NCBI GenBank assembly: GCA_965219085.1
Contig: OZ244720.1
Coordinates: 2,624,001-2,688,000 of the forward strand
Source: Dehalococcoidia bacterium
GTDB lineage: Bacteria; Chloroflexota; Dehalococcoidia; UBA2979
Length of the DNA stretch: 64,000 nucleotides
Direction: 5' to 3'
Shown: piece after piece, positions 45,739 to 55,579 of the stretch
Layout of the letters: each line of letters begins with the position of its first letter
How positions within the stretch are numbered: position 1 is the stretch's first letter
Notes under the pieces: generated by a model
Databases searched by the model: none
What the model saw: only the letters and a program-made list of their open reading frames with translations
Told to the model about the DNA's origin: nothing
Position numbers and translations under genes: made by a program

Positions 45739-46956
45739 ATGGACTGGGGAGACAGCACCGAGCAGGCGACGTTCCGCGAGGACGTGTCGAGCTTCATCCA
45801 GTCCCGGCTGCCCGAGCACTACCGCCGGCTGGCCGAGCAGGGCGACGCAGGCGACTGGCAGACCGACCGCCACCTCGGCGACGATCAGGCGAAGGCCGCC
45901 GCCAAGGAGTGGGAAGAGGCCGTCGCGGAGCGCGGCTGGGTCGCGCCCCACTGGCCGACCGAGTACGGCGGCGCCGGCATGTCCTCGATGGAGCACTTCA
46001 TCCTCAACGAGGAGATGTCCAAGGCGGGCGCCCCGCAGGTCGGCGGCCAGGGCGTGGCGATGCTGGGCCCGACGCTGATCGTGCACGGCACCGACGACCA
46101 GAAGAGCAAGTTCCTGACGGCGACGCTCAGCGGCGAGATTGACTGGGCGCAGGGTTACTCCGAGCCGAGCGCCGGCTCCGACCTCGCCTCGCTGCAGACG
46201 CGCGCCGTCCGCGACGGCGACGAGTGGGTGATCAACGGCCAGAAGATCTGGACCTCCAACGCGCACCGCGCCGACTGGATCTTCGCGCTCGTGCGCACCG
46301 ACCCGGACGCCCCGAAGCACCGCGGTATCAGCTTCATGCTCATGGACATGGCGACGCCCGGCATCGGCGTGCGCCCGCTCATCAGCGGCGGCTGGAGGCA
46401 CTTCTCCAACGAGACGTTCTACGAGGACGTCCGGGTGCCGGCCTCGCAGGTGGTGGGTGAGGTCAACCGCGGCTGGTACGTCGGCATGACGCTGCTCGAC
46501 TACGAGCGCTCCTCGATCGGCGGCGCCGTGGAGATGAGCCGCCAGCTGATGGCGGCCATCGAGTACATCCACACGGACGAGGGCGGCGAGAAGTCGCGCG
46601 TCGGCGAGCTGCCCTCGGTGCGTGCGGAGATAGCGGACCGCTACATCGAGATCGAGGTGAGCTTCAACCTGTCGTTCCGCATCGCGTCGATGCAGGCGTC
46701 GGGGCTGATCCCGAACATGGAAGCGTCGATGGGCAAGGTGTTCTCGTCCGAGGTGAGCCAGCGGGTGCACCGCACGGGCACGCGCATGTTCGGGCTGTAC
46801 TCGAACGTGTGGGACGAGGAGAGCGAGTACTCGCCGTACCGCAGCCGCTTCACGCAGAACTACTTCCACCGCATCCCGGCCACGATCGCGGGCGGGACAT
46901 CGGAGATTCAGCGCAACATCATCGCCACGCGCGGGCTCGGCCTGCCGCGCGGTTAG
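45739..46956 (+). CDS. Acyl-CoA dehydrogenase
   Basis: WAQGYSEPSAGSDLASL, NGQKIWTS, TIAGGTSEIQRNII. Confidence 0.92.
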   Translation: MDWGDSTEQATFREDVSSFIQSRLPEHYRRLAEQGDAGDWQTDRHLGDDQAKAAAKEWEEAVAERGWVAPHWPTEYGGAGMSSMEHFILNEEMSKAGAPQVGGQGVAMLGPTLIVHGTDDQKSKFLTATLSGEIDWAQGYSEPSAGSDLASLQTRAVRDGDEWVINGQKIWTSNAHRADWIFALVRTDPDAPKHRGISFMLMDMATPGIGVRPLISGGWRHFSNETFYEDVRVPASQVVGEVNRGWYVGMTLLDYERSSIGGAVEMSRQLMAAIEYIHTDEGGEKSRVGELPSVRAEIADRYIEIEVSFNLSFRIASMQASGLIPNMEASMGKVFSSEVSQRVHRTGTRMFGLYSNVWDEESEYSPYRSRFTQNYFHRIPATIAGGTSEIQRNIIATRGLGLPRG

Positions 46957-46980
46957 CCACCCTCGCACGCTCGCGAACAC

Positions 46981-47007
46981 GCAGCCCCCGCTTCGTGCGG
47001 GGGCTGC
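46981..47007. terminator. Stem-loop after the acyl-CoA dehydrogenase
   Basis: GCAGCCCCCGC-ttcgt-GCGGGGGCTGC. Confidence 0.55.
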
Positions 47008-47114
47008 GGCGTTAACGGCGGCGCGGGAACACGACGCGGATGTGAACGGTCCGCCCGCCTCCGGGTATATGCTCGGGCCGCGCATGACGCTCCCACAGCG
47101 GTCATGAGGAAAGC

Positions 47115-47387
47115 GTGATGAAGGGCAAGTACCAGCCGGACGAGGTGGCGGCTCGAGGAGACGCCATCTACCACGAGCAGATCAAACCGAAGGTCGGGGA
47201 CCTCGAGAAGGGTACGTTCGTTGTCATCGACATCGAGTCGGGCGACTACGAGATAGCTCCCGACGACGCCACGGCTACCTTTCGGCTGCTTGACCGGCAT
47301 CCGTCGGCCGTGACCTGGGCGGTGCGCATCGGTTACCGCGCGGCATACTCGCACCTCGGCCCGTGGCCGTCCCCTCGAGATGCCTAG
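47115..47387 (+). CDS. Small hypothetical protein (DUF5678-like partner of aspartic protease)
   Basis: RGDAIY..KGTFVVIDIESGDYE..VRIG; overlaps protease start. Confidence 0.7.
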   Translation: MMKGKYQPDEVAARGDAIYHEQIKPKVGDLEKGTFVVIDIESGDYEIAPDDATATFRLLDRHPSAVTWAVRIGYRAAYSHLGPWPSPRDA

Positions 47388-47760
47388 CGGGACGGTGAGG
47401 GCGGACCGGCGCGCGCAGCTGACGATCGAGACACTCGACCGAGACGGTCGCTCTCACCCGGTGGATGTGGTTCTGGACACTGGATTCACGGGTAGTCTGA
47501 CGTTGCCGCCCGAGACCATCCGGCTGCTTGGCCTGCTCTACATAGGTATGAGGACATTCGAGCTGGCCGATAGCCAGCAGGTCCGTTTCGATACCTACCT
47601 CGGATCGGTGTCCTGGCATGATCGTGAGCGGTTGGTCGTCACCCTGGAATCGGACGGAGCGCCGCTCCTCGGGACGCGGCTGCTCTGGGGCAGCCGCGTC
47701 ACGATGGACGCGCTGGCCGGAGGAGCCGTCGAGATCGAGGAGCTGGCGACGGCCGAATGA
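47380..47760 (+). CDS. Clan AA (retropepsin-like) aspartic protease
   Basis: VVLDTGFTGSL and PLLG motifs. Confidence 0.85.
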   Translation: MPSGTVRADRRAQLTIETLDRDGRSHPVDVVLDTGFTGSLTLPPETIRLLGLLYIGMRTFELADSQQVRFDTYLGSVSWHDRERLVVTLESDGAPLLGTRLLWGSRVTMDALAGGAVEIEELATAE

Positions 47761-47790
47761 TGGCGTTGGCGTCCTGTCGGTGAGGGCAGC

Positions 47791-48180
47791 GTGGAGCGCC
47801 TGATCGTCGACGGGATGAACGTCATCGGCAGCCGCCCGACAGGCTGGTGGCGCGACCGCGACGGTGCGAAGCGAGAGTTCATCGCCACGCTCCAGGACTT
47901 CGCCAACGCCTCCGGCGCCTCCATCACCGTCGTCCTCGACGGTCGCCCGCTACCCGACATGCCCGAGGGCTCGCACGACGGCGTGCGCGTGCTCTACGCA
48001 CGGAGGCGCGAGCGCGACGCTGCCGACGACCGCATCGTCGAGCTGGTTGAAGGTGACGCCGAGCCCGAAACGCTCGTCGTGGTCACCTCGGACGCGGCGC
48101 TGCGGCGTCGCGTACAGCGGCTGGGCGCCGGCGTGGTCGGGAGCTCGCAGCTGCTGCGACGCATCGAGGAGTCTCGGTAG
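47791..48180 (+). CDS. NYN/YacP-like (PIN-fold) nuclease
   Basis: LIVDGMNV, VVLDG, AADDRI, VVTSD. Confidence 0.85.
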   Translation: MERLIVDGMNVIGSRPTGWWRDRDGAKREFIATLQDFANASGASITVVLDGRPLPDMPEGSHDGVRVLYARRRERDAADDRIVELVEGDAEPETLVVVTSDAALRRRVQRLGAGVVGSSQLLRRIEESR

Positions 48181-48276
48181 CCACGTCCGCCCTCGGCGCG
48201 CTCGCGCGGCGTGCCGCGCGACGACCTACAATGCGGCGCGAACTGCATCGGAAACACCGAAGAGCGGAGGAACTAC

Positions 48277-49074
48277 ATGGCCATCACACCGACCGACACG
48301 CTGCGGTACGAGACCGAGGGCCGCAAGGCGATCATCACCCTCACTCGCCCCGAGGCGATGAACGCGCTGAACCGCGAGATCCTGAACGCCATCGGCGAGG
48401 CCATCCACGAGTACGAGGCCGACGACAACCTGCTGGTGGCCATCATCACCGGCGAGGGCGGGCGCGCGTTCTCGGCCGGCGCCGACCTCAAGGAGATGAC
48501 CCAGCGCGACCAGGCCGAGGGTGTCGACGACACCGACATGGGCCCGGGCTACAACGGCTTCGACGAGCTCGACGCCTGCCGCAAGCCCCTCATCGCCGCC
48601 GTCGATGGCTACTGCCTGGCGGGCGGCCTCGAGGTGACGATCTACTGCGACATGGTGGTCGCGACGGAGCAGTCGCGCTTCGGCCTGCCGGAGCCGCGCC
48701 GCTCGCTGCTGGCAGGCCCCGGCCTGCACAACCTCGCGCGGATCATCCCGTACCGCGAGGCGATGATGATCCAGCTCACCGGCGGCCACATGCCCTCGGA
48801 CCGCGCCTACGACATCGGCCTCATCCAGCGGCGCGTGCCCGACCGCGACGCGATGTGGGCAGCCGCCCACGAGTTGGCCGACGAGATCCTCGAGTGCGCC
48901 CCGCTGGCCGTGCAGGCCATCAAGCGCATCGTCAAGACCGGCCGCCAGTTGCCGGTCGAGTACTCCGAGAAGCTCGCCGAGCCGATCGCCGACTTCATCG
49001 CGACGACGGAGGACCGCCTCGAGGGCCCGAAGGCCTTCGCCGAGAAGCGCACCCCGAACTGGAAGATGCGCTAG
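48277..49074 (+). CDS. Enoyl-CoA hydratase
   Basis: TRPEAMNAL, FSAGADLKE, AGGLE, FGLPE. Confidence 0.9.
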   Translation: MAITPTDTLRYETEGRKAIITLTRPEAMNALNREILNAIGEAIHEYEADDNLLVAIITGEGGRAFSAGADLKEMTQRDQAEGVDDTDMGPGYNGFDELDACRKPLIAAVDGYCLAGGLEVTIYCDMVVATEQSRFGLPEPRRSLLAGPGLHNLARIIPYREAMMIQLTGGHMPSDRAYDIGLIQRRVPDRDAMWAAAHELADEILECAPLAVQAIKRIVKTGRQLPVEYSEKLAEPIADFIATTEDRLEGPKAFAEKRTPNWKMR

Positions 49075-49099
49075 CGCGAAGCAGCCACAGCCGCACAAC

Positions 49100-49132
49100 C
49101 GACGAGCCCTCGGTGCGTCCGAGGGCTCGTCG
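49100..49132. terminator. Stem-loop between convergent genes
   Basis: CGACGAGCCCTCGG-tgcgt-CCGAGGGCTCGTCG perfect 14-bp stem. Confidence 0.65.
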
Positions 49133-49172
49133 CATGCGGTCCGCCCACGTGGCCAGAGCCACGTCCTGCGCC

Positions 49173-51884
49173 TCACGTACTGGGCTGGCCGAGCACCGTG
49201 AGCCGGTCTTCCGCCCCACTGAGCCGCTCTTCGGCCCACGACCTCACATCGTCCTCGTGGGTAAACAGGATCACCTGCGTTGACTCGCTAATCGACAGCA
49301 GCGTCTCAAGCAGTTGCCGCTTACGTTCGCTGTCAGCAGCACTGACCACGTCGTCGAGGATGAGCGGGCACGCTTCTCCTGCCGGGTCGGTGAGATGCCG
49401 GGCGAGCGCGACACGCAGGAGCAGATACAGTTGCTCGGCTGTTCCATGCGACAGTAGCCGCGCCGCCCGCCACCGCCCCGCAGCATCAGCCACCTCGACT
49501 TGCAGCGACTCGGGGTTGACGCGGCAATCGGTGTACCGGCCACCAGTCACGTGCTCGAGTTGCTCCAACACGGTGGCGCGCAAGACCGGCGCGATGTCCC
49601 GGTGCACGCGTTCCTGTGCCGCCTGGAGGAACTTGATCGCGGTGCCGAGGGTCTGATCGAGGCCTTCGACGCGCGCAAGCTCCGCCTGGCCGTGCGCGAC
49701 ACGCTCCTCGGCTTCCGCGACATCCGGCAACCCGCTCTCGAACTCGGTCAGTTCGCCGCGCGCCGTATCGCGGCGGGCGCGGGCCTCGTCCAACCTTGTC
49801 TCCAGATCCTCAAGATCTCTTTTGGACGGCTCGCGTTGCCTCGCCTGAGCGATTGCTTCCGGGGCTGAGCTGGCGACCAGCGAGTCCGCGTCGTTACGGA
49901 GCGCCTCAGTCTCCGCTTCGAAGTTCGCGAGTGTCCGCTCGCCTAGCAGTCGCTGGAGTTCTTCCCACTCATTGGTCTTACGACGATCCTCGGCGAGGAT
50001 TTGGTGCCGACGCTCCGTCCATCCGGTGAGGGCTGACTCCTGCTCGTCCGGGGTGGGCGCCTCACTCCTGATCGCTACGCCTGCATCGCGAAGCCCTGCC
50101 GATGCCTCGTCTCGCGCGGCCGCGGCTTTGTCGAATCGGGTGTCCTGCTCTTCGCGCATTCGGAGACGGCTCTCCGTCTCCGCACGGCCGGCGGCGCTCG
50201 TCCGTGCCCGGAGTTCGGCAAGCTCGGCGTAGTCGAGCGGCTGAGCGAGAGCGCGGCTGAGCCGGTCATGGTCCGTCGCCGCCGCTCTCGACTCTGCTTG
50301 GCGCCGTGCGCGAGCGGCGTCTCCTTCCACGTCATCGAGGCTCTGCTCACCGAGGACTCGCTGCAGCTGTGCCCACTCGTCGCGCCGCGCATCGGCTTCA
50401 CTCATCTGCTCTGCCCGTGTCGCCTGCCACTCGTGAAGGCGCGACACCAGCACCTCAGGCGAACCATCAGTGAGCCCGGCGGCGCGCACCGCGTGGCGGA
50501 GGGCGGCCAAGGCTTCCTCGACCCGTGTTGCGTCTTCGATGTCCCGTTCGACGGTTCTGCGGCGCTCGACCAGGTCCGTGTTGTCAGGCTCAGATCCTTG
50601 TGGATCACGGCCAAACAGGCGAGCGAACCAATGAATGATCGAGCGTAGGAGGCCCAACAGGCCCCCGTTCTGCGTCGCGGCGAGACCTTGGTCGAGCTCA
50701 TCGAGTTGTCTGCGGAGGTCGCTGATCGGTCTGCCGCTCACGGCCGGACGCGCTTCCCATGCGGCGAGCGCGTTTGCGATCTCCAGGCTGAGTTCGTCTT
50801 CTTCGCTTGGACGTCTCGGCGCGCCGTCGGGGAAGGCCGCACTCAACTCATGCGCTCGGGCGAGGCGCCCCTCGGCCGCTGACGCATCGGCCTCGGCGAG
50901 GATGGCCAGATGCAAATCCTCGTCGGCGAGTTGCGCCCGGAGTTCGCCTGCGGTTGGACCTACAGGCTCTTCTGGGTGGGGGGCATTACTCCACTGCTCG
51001 AGCGCTCTCGTAACCTGCTCGGCGAGCTCACTGTCGTCAGCGGGATGCCTAGGCTCCCCCTCCGGGAAGGCCTCACTCAAGACTCTGGCCCGAGCAAGCC
51101 GCTCTTCTGCCGATCCGGCAGCCGCCTCAGCTAGCACTGCGCGAGTAGCGTCCCGCTCGCGCTCAATGGCCTGCAACTCGGCCTCGAGGTCGTCGACGCG
51201 ATGGCGGCGCTCTGTGGCTTCGGCCCGTGCGTTCCCCGCCGAGCTGAGCGCGATTTGAGCGTTCTCGACCTCTGTCCGCGACTTGGCGAGCGGTCTCGTC
51301 CAAGCTCGTTCCGTCCCGACGTGCTCGGTGCGGTAGTCATTCAGCAGTACCAGCGCGTCGGCCGCGGTCTCGCCGGTGCGGGCTGTGGCGGCTGCGCTCT
51401 GCAGCTCGTCCTGAAGGTCACCCGGGTCATCGAGCACGGCAAGGATGCTCGTCTGCCGCACGCAAGCCGTGTTCAGGAATGATCTGCGATCGAGGCCCAG
51501 CCAGCGAGAGCCGTCAGGGGCTCCATCGTTCATGATCTCGCTCGAGTAGTCTCGTTCGGCGAGGTCTGCGTCGCGGGCGCTGCTGTCCACACGACCATCG
51601 AGGTCGTGCCGAAGTACGACACGCCGATCCTTGAGCGCGATGGCCGCTCCAACTTCCCACCCATCGCCGTCCCATGGCTTGTGGCGCTGCTGGAAGTCGC
51701 TGTCTTCGGTACGCGCTCGCCCCCGGGCCCGTCGCATACCGCAGAGCCCGGCATAGAGTGCGGCGTGCCACGTCGACTTCCCGGCTTCGTTGGGCCCGAA
51801 GATGACGTTCATTCCGGGGGCGAGCTCCAGCGATTCGTCCCGGAAGCGCCCGAAGGCATGAGCTGTTACTGACTCGAAACGCAT
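49173..51884 (-). CDS. YhaN/SbcC-like SMC-family ATPase
   Basis: FGPNEAGKST, long coiled coil, LSHGTAEQLYLLLRVAL, PLILDD, QVILFTH. Confidence 0.88.
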   Translation of the reverse strand: MRFESVTAHAFGRFRDESLELAPGMNVIFGPNEAGKSTWHAALYAGLCGMRRARGRARTEDSDFQQRHKPWDGDGWEVGAAIALKDRRVVLRHDLDGRVDSSARDADLAERDYSSEIMNDGAPDGSRWLGLDRRSFLNTACVRQTSILAVLDDPGDLQDELQSAAATARTGETAADALVLLNDYRTEHVGTERAWTRPLAKSRTEVENAQIALSSAGNARAEATERRHRVDDLEAELQAIERERDATRAVLAEAAAGSAEERLARARVLSEAFPEGEPRHPADDSELAEQVTRALEQWSNAPHPEEPVGPTAGELRAQLADEDLHLAILAEADASAAEGRLARAHELSAAFPDGAPRRPSEEDELSLEIANALAAWEARPAVSGRPISDLRRQLDELDQGLAATQNGGLLGLLRSIIHWFARLFGRDPQGSEPDNTDLVERRRTVERDIEDATRVEEALAALRHAVRAAGLTDGSPEVLVSRLHEWQATRAEQMSEADARRDEWAQLQRVLGEQSLDDVEGDAARARRQAESRAAATDHDRLSRALAQPLDYAELAELRARTSAAGRAETESRLRMREEQDTRFDKAAAARDEASAGLRDAGVAIRSEAPTPDEQESALTGWTERRHQILAEDRRKTNEWEELQRLLGERTLANFEAETEALRNDADSLVASSAPEAIAQARQREPSKRDLEDLETRLDEARARRDTARGELTEFESGLPDVAEAEERVAHGQAELARVEGLDQTLGTAIKFLQAAQERVHRDIAPVLRATVLEQLEHVTGGRYTDCRVNPESLQVEVADAAGRWRAARLLSHGTAEQLYLLLRVALARHLTDPAGEACPLILDDVVSAADSERKRQLLETLLSISESTQVILFTHEDDVRSWAEERLSGAEDRLTVLGQPST

Positions 51885-52990
51885 CAGAGCACCTCAAGGT
51901 CGCGTCGACCCTCGAGAGCCCGCAGCCCAGCCATGAGCACACGCCGCTCCTCCGCTGGGTCAAGGTCCGCTTCCGAGACATCGGCGACAAACTGTCCTCG
52001 CACCGTCGGCTCGCTCCGGAGGGCTTCGAAGTCGTAGCCGGGGCTCAGTGCTCCTAGCCGAACCTGAACGGCGTCGAAAGCACGCATTGCGTCGTGCAGG
52101 TCGGTTTCCGTGACGCTGACTTCAGGGGCTACTTCCCCGCGCACGGTGAGCCTCGCGAAGCCTCCAAGTCCTTCGGTTCGCTTCGCGATACCGTCACGAA
52201 TCTGTTGCAGTGTCGTGTAGCCCGAGATGTCGATCTCGATGTCATGGACGGACGTATGCGCAACGATGTGGCGCTCATGGGTGATGCGGCCCTCAGCGTC
52301 GACGGTCGCGACGATTGCGCCGCGCGTGCCGTCCTCACCGAATGCGAGAGGGTCTGGGTTTCCCGGATACGTGTGCCGGTCGCCGTCTTTCGGACGGTGA
52401 TAGTGGCCCAGGAACGCGTGGTCGATGCCTACTTCAGCAATCTGAGTGGCGTCGAATGGTGCATGTGGCTGCTTCCCCTCACCTTGCTCGCTGAACCACG
52501 AGTTCTCGGCACCGTGGAACAGCGCGAGGTGGGTCCCTGGGCCTTCAGCGCGGAACCCGTCGAGGAAGTTGTCAGTGTTCGCCGGTGCGCAGTGTGCCGC
52601 GCCCCAGAGCGTGACTCCGGACGAAATCTCCACAGGCCGGAGATTGGGCTCAGTGAAAACGTGGACGTTTGGACTCCAATCAACCAGGGCATAGAGGCTG
52701 TCCGGCCCGTACCAGTCATGATTGCCCGGCGCGAGGTAGACGGGTATCGGGTCGAGGCTGGCGAACGCCTGACGCAGAAACTCTGCGGTGTCGTGGCCGG
52801 CCTGTTCATGCTCATAGAGGTCGCCGCCACTGAAGAGAGCGTCCGCCTTTTGCGCTCGCGTCAGATCCACGATCTGCACGAGGGTGTCTCGCAGCGCCTG
52901 ACGGCGGTGCCGAGCCGCCTCCCCTGCGGCGCCAGCCCAGGAGAATGTGGAGTCGAGGTGCAGATCCGAGAAGTGAACTATTCTTACCAC
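51884..52990 (-). CDS. YhaO/SbcD(Mre11)-like metallophosphoesterase nuclease
   Basis: DLH, GDLYE, GNHD, HG, GHYH, YPGNP motifs. Confidence 0.9.
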   Translation of the reverse strand: MVRIVHFSDLHLDSTFSWAGAAGEAARHRRQALRDTLVQIVDLTRAQKADALFSGGDLYEHEQAGHDTAEFLRQAFASLDPIPVYLAPGNHDWYGPDSLYALVDWSPNVHVFTEPNLRPVEISSGVTLWGAAHCAPANTDNFLDGFRAEGPGTHLALFHGAENSWFSEQGEGKQPHAPFDATQIAEVGIDHAFLGHYHRPKDGDRHTYPGNPDPLAFGEDGTRGAIVATVDAEGRITHERHIVAHTSVHDIEIDISGYTTLQQIRDGIAKRTEGLGGFARLTVRGEVAPEVSVTETDLHDAMRAFDAVQVRLGALSPGYDFEALRSEPTVRGQFVADVSEADLDPAEERRVLMAGLRALEGRRDLEVL

Positions 52991-53089
52991 GATCCGAATC
53001 TAGGGATGGTCATCGATGCGATCTACTTGAGCCGCAGCGTAGTACCGGCTGCGCGATGCGACCGCACACGATTGCGGCGACCGCGAGGC

Positions 53090-53629
53090 TCAGCGGTTGG
53101 GGCGACGCTCCGACGCGCCCTCGGCGAAGTTTGGCACGTAGTCCGACTCCTCGCCGCGGATCTGCGCGCGGTGCATGCGGTCGTGGCGGTAGTACGAGCG
53201 CAGCCACTGCATCACCGTCAGCTCGCCGAACGCCGGCACGAACGCGGTGCGCTCGTACTGCTCGGGGTCGATGCCGCGTGCGAGCTCCAGCGTCTCGGCT
53301 CGCTCGGCGTTCATCTGGGCGATGAGCGTGGGGAGGTTCGCCGAGTGTGCATCCTCCTGCGGGACGTCGAGCGGGACGTCCGGCGTGTTGCCGTCGGAGG
53401 TGTCGGGGCGGTCCTCGGCGAGGGCGCGGATGACCCACTGCCGGTAGCTGCGGTCCATGCCGGCGAGGTGCGTCAGCTGCTCCTTGACGGACCAGCCCTC
53501 CTCGCCGTCGCCCTCGGGCGGCTGCACCTCGGCCTGCTCTTCATCGACCTCGGTGAGGGCGGCAAGCAGCACGGTGCGCTCCTCCTCGAGCTTCTCGAAT
53601 AGGTCGTCGATCTGTGCCTGTGTCGCCAT
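53090..53629 (-). CDS. DinB-family protein
   Basis: WSVKEQLTHL and HDRMHRAQI. Confidence 0.85.
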   Translation of the reverse strand: MATQAQIDDLFEKLEEERTVLLAALTEVDEEQAEVQPPEGDGEEGWSVKEQLTHLAGMDRSYRQWVIRALAEDRPDTSDGNTPDVPLDVPQEDAHSANLPTLIAQMNAERAETLELARGIDPEQYERTAFVPAFGELTVMQWLRSYYRHDRMHRAQIRGEESDYVPNFAEGASERRPNR

Positions 53630-53633
53630 GACG

Positions 53634-55064
53634 TTACTCCTCGGCGTCTATCTGCGCGCGCCAGCGGTAGTAGGCGCTGACCTTCGCGAGCGCGCGTGCT
53701 GCGCGGTCGTAGCTCGGGTATGCGGCGATGCCCAGCGCCTGGAGCTCATGGTCCAGCTCCCGCATCGCCTCGCCGTGCGCCATCGGCGTCGGCGAGTGCA
53801 GCAGCACGATATGCGGCTTCGAGGAGCGTGCGTTCGCCGTCGCGAGCGCGGCGACCGGCTCGTCGAGCTGCTCGCGCTCCGGGTCGTCCTTGGGCCGCGG
53901 GCGGAGCTGCATGCTGATCACGTCGACGTGCTCGTCGCTATCGAGGATGCCGAGGATCTGCTCGAGCTCGGTGCGGTTCGTGCCCATGTCGATGGGGTTG
54001 CGGAAGCTCGCCCCGACGAGGCTGAACCACTCGCCGAGCTGGGTGAGTGAGGCCTCGCCCAACTCGGGCACGTGCATCCCGTGGTCGCTGAAGGCGTCCG
54101 TCATCGAGACGGACTGGCCGCCGGAGCCACCCATCACGCCGACGCCGGTGCCGGTGAACGGCGGCACGAGCGAGAGCGTCTTGAGGAGGTCGACCGCCTC
54201 GGTCAGCGAGTCCGCCTGGATGGCGCCCGTCTGGCGGCAGAGCGCGTTCCACACCTCGGTCGAGCCGGCGAGCGAGGCGGTGTGGGAGCGGGTGGCGCGG
54301 CTGCCGTCTGAGCTGCGGCCGCCCTTCCACAGCACCACGGGCTTGATGCGCGTGGCCTTGCGGAGCTGCTCGAAGAAGGCGCGGCCGTCCTGCAGGCCCT
54401 CGACGTACATCGCGAGGTACTCCGTGCCGGGGTCGCCGGCGAAGTACTCGAGGTAGTCGGCGTTCTCGAGGGTGATGCCGTTGCCGAAGCTGACGGCCTT
54501 GCCAATGCGCACACCGGCGTCGTGCGCGCCCATGATGAAGTCCATCGCGTGCGCGCCGCTCTGCGAGACGAAGCTCACGGGCCCGTCGAAGCCTGCGGGC
54601 TGGCTCGGCCCGAAACGCACGCCGGCGGCGGGGTTGTAGAGGCCCATGCAGTTCGGCCCGATGACCACGAGGCCGGACTCGGTGGCCGCGGCCTTGAGTG
54701 TGTCCTGTAGCTCGCGGCCCTCGTCGGTGTCGGTCTCGGCGAAGCCGGAGGTGAAGAACGCCGCGCCGGCGACATCGCGTGCGATGCAGTGGCGCATGAT
54801 GAGCGGGGCGACCTGCCTGGGGACGGCGACGAGGACGTAGTCGATGTCGCCGGGGACGTCGGCGAGGCTCGAGAAGTTCTCGACGCCGAGCGCCTCGATC
54901 TCCGCGAGTTCGTTGGGGTCGACCTGCACGGAGTAGAGGTTGCCGTTGCCCTCGACGGTCTTGTTGCTCCGGAGCCAGCGGTTGTTGCGAGCCTTGGCGT
55001 CGCCGACGACGACGACGGTCCTGGGGTTGAGTGCCCGGTCCAGCCGCTCCCGATCCACGCGCAT
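53634..55064 (-). CDS. ADP-forming acyl-CoA synthetase alpha-type (CoA-binding) subunit
   Basis: TSGFAE, IGPNCMG, VSQSG, SHTASLAG phospho-His, NPID. Confidence 0.88.
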   Translation of the reverse strand: MRVDRERLDRALNPRTVVVVGDAKARNNRWLRSNKTVEGNGNLYSVQVDPNELAEIEALGVENFSSLADVPGDIDYVLVAVPRQVAPLIMRHCIARDVAGAAFFTSGFAETDTDEGRELQDTLKAAATESGLVVIGPNCMGLYNPAAGVRFGPSQPAGFDGPVSFVSQSGAHAMDFIMGAHDAGVRIGKAVSFGNGITLENADYLEYFAGDPGTEYLAMYVEGLQDGRAFFEQLRKATRIKPVVLWKGGRSSDGSRATRSHTASLAGSTEVWNALCRQTGAIQADSLTEAVDLLKTLSLVPPFTGTGVGVMGGSGGQSVSMTDAFSDHGMHVPELGEASLTQLGEWFSLVGASFRNPIDMGTNRTELEQILGILDSDEHVDVISMQLRPRPKDDPEREQLDEPVAALATANARSSKPHIVLLHSPTPMAHGEAMRELDHELQALGIAAYPSYDRAARALAKVSAYYRWRAQIDAEE

Positions 55065-55150
55065 GAGTGTCCGCCCTCCATGGTGACCCGTCAGCGGCGA
55101 CAGGCTACCGCGTCGGCGGTGCGCCTGTCGCCTCGATGGTGGGGGGCGGG

Positions 55151-55579
55151 TCAGACCGCGGTGACCTCGACGCGGATGCTGCGGCCCACGGCCCGGAGCG
55201 CCCTCTGGACCTGGCTCACGTGGGAGCGGTGGTCGAGGTTGGCCAGCTTCCGCACTGCCGACTCGCTGATGCCGAGCCGCCGGGCGAGTTCGACCTTCGT
55301 GACGCCCCGCTCGCGCATGGCCGAGTAGAGTGCGAGCTTGGCGGCCACGACCGGCGGGACGGCGACGAGCTCCTGGTCGTCGGCAGCCTCACCGGGAGCC
55401 GGGATCTCTCGCTTCTCGTGGACGTAGCCGGCGAGGGCGGTAGCGAGCGCGTCCTCGGCCATCGAGAGCGCCTCGGCCCGGTCGTCGCGGCCGGTGATGG
55501 CTTCTGGTACATCCGGGAAGGTGACGGCGAGCCCGCCGTCTTCGTCAGCGGCAAGTTCGCACGGGTACGCGTAGAGCAT
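55151..55579 (-). CDS. hicB: HicB-family antitoxin with C-terminal HTH
   Basis: VTFPDVPEAIT..EALSMAEDAL; KVELARRLG. Confidence 0.85.
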   Translation of the reverse strand: MLYAYPCELAADEDGGLAVTFPDVPEAITGRDDRAEALSMAEDALATALAGYVHEKREIPAPGEAADDQELVAVPPVVAAKLALYSAMRERGVTKVELARRLGISESAVRKLANLDHRSHVSQVQRALRAVGRSIRVEVTAV

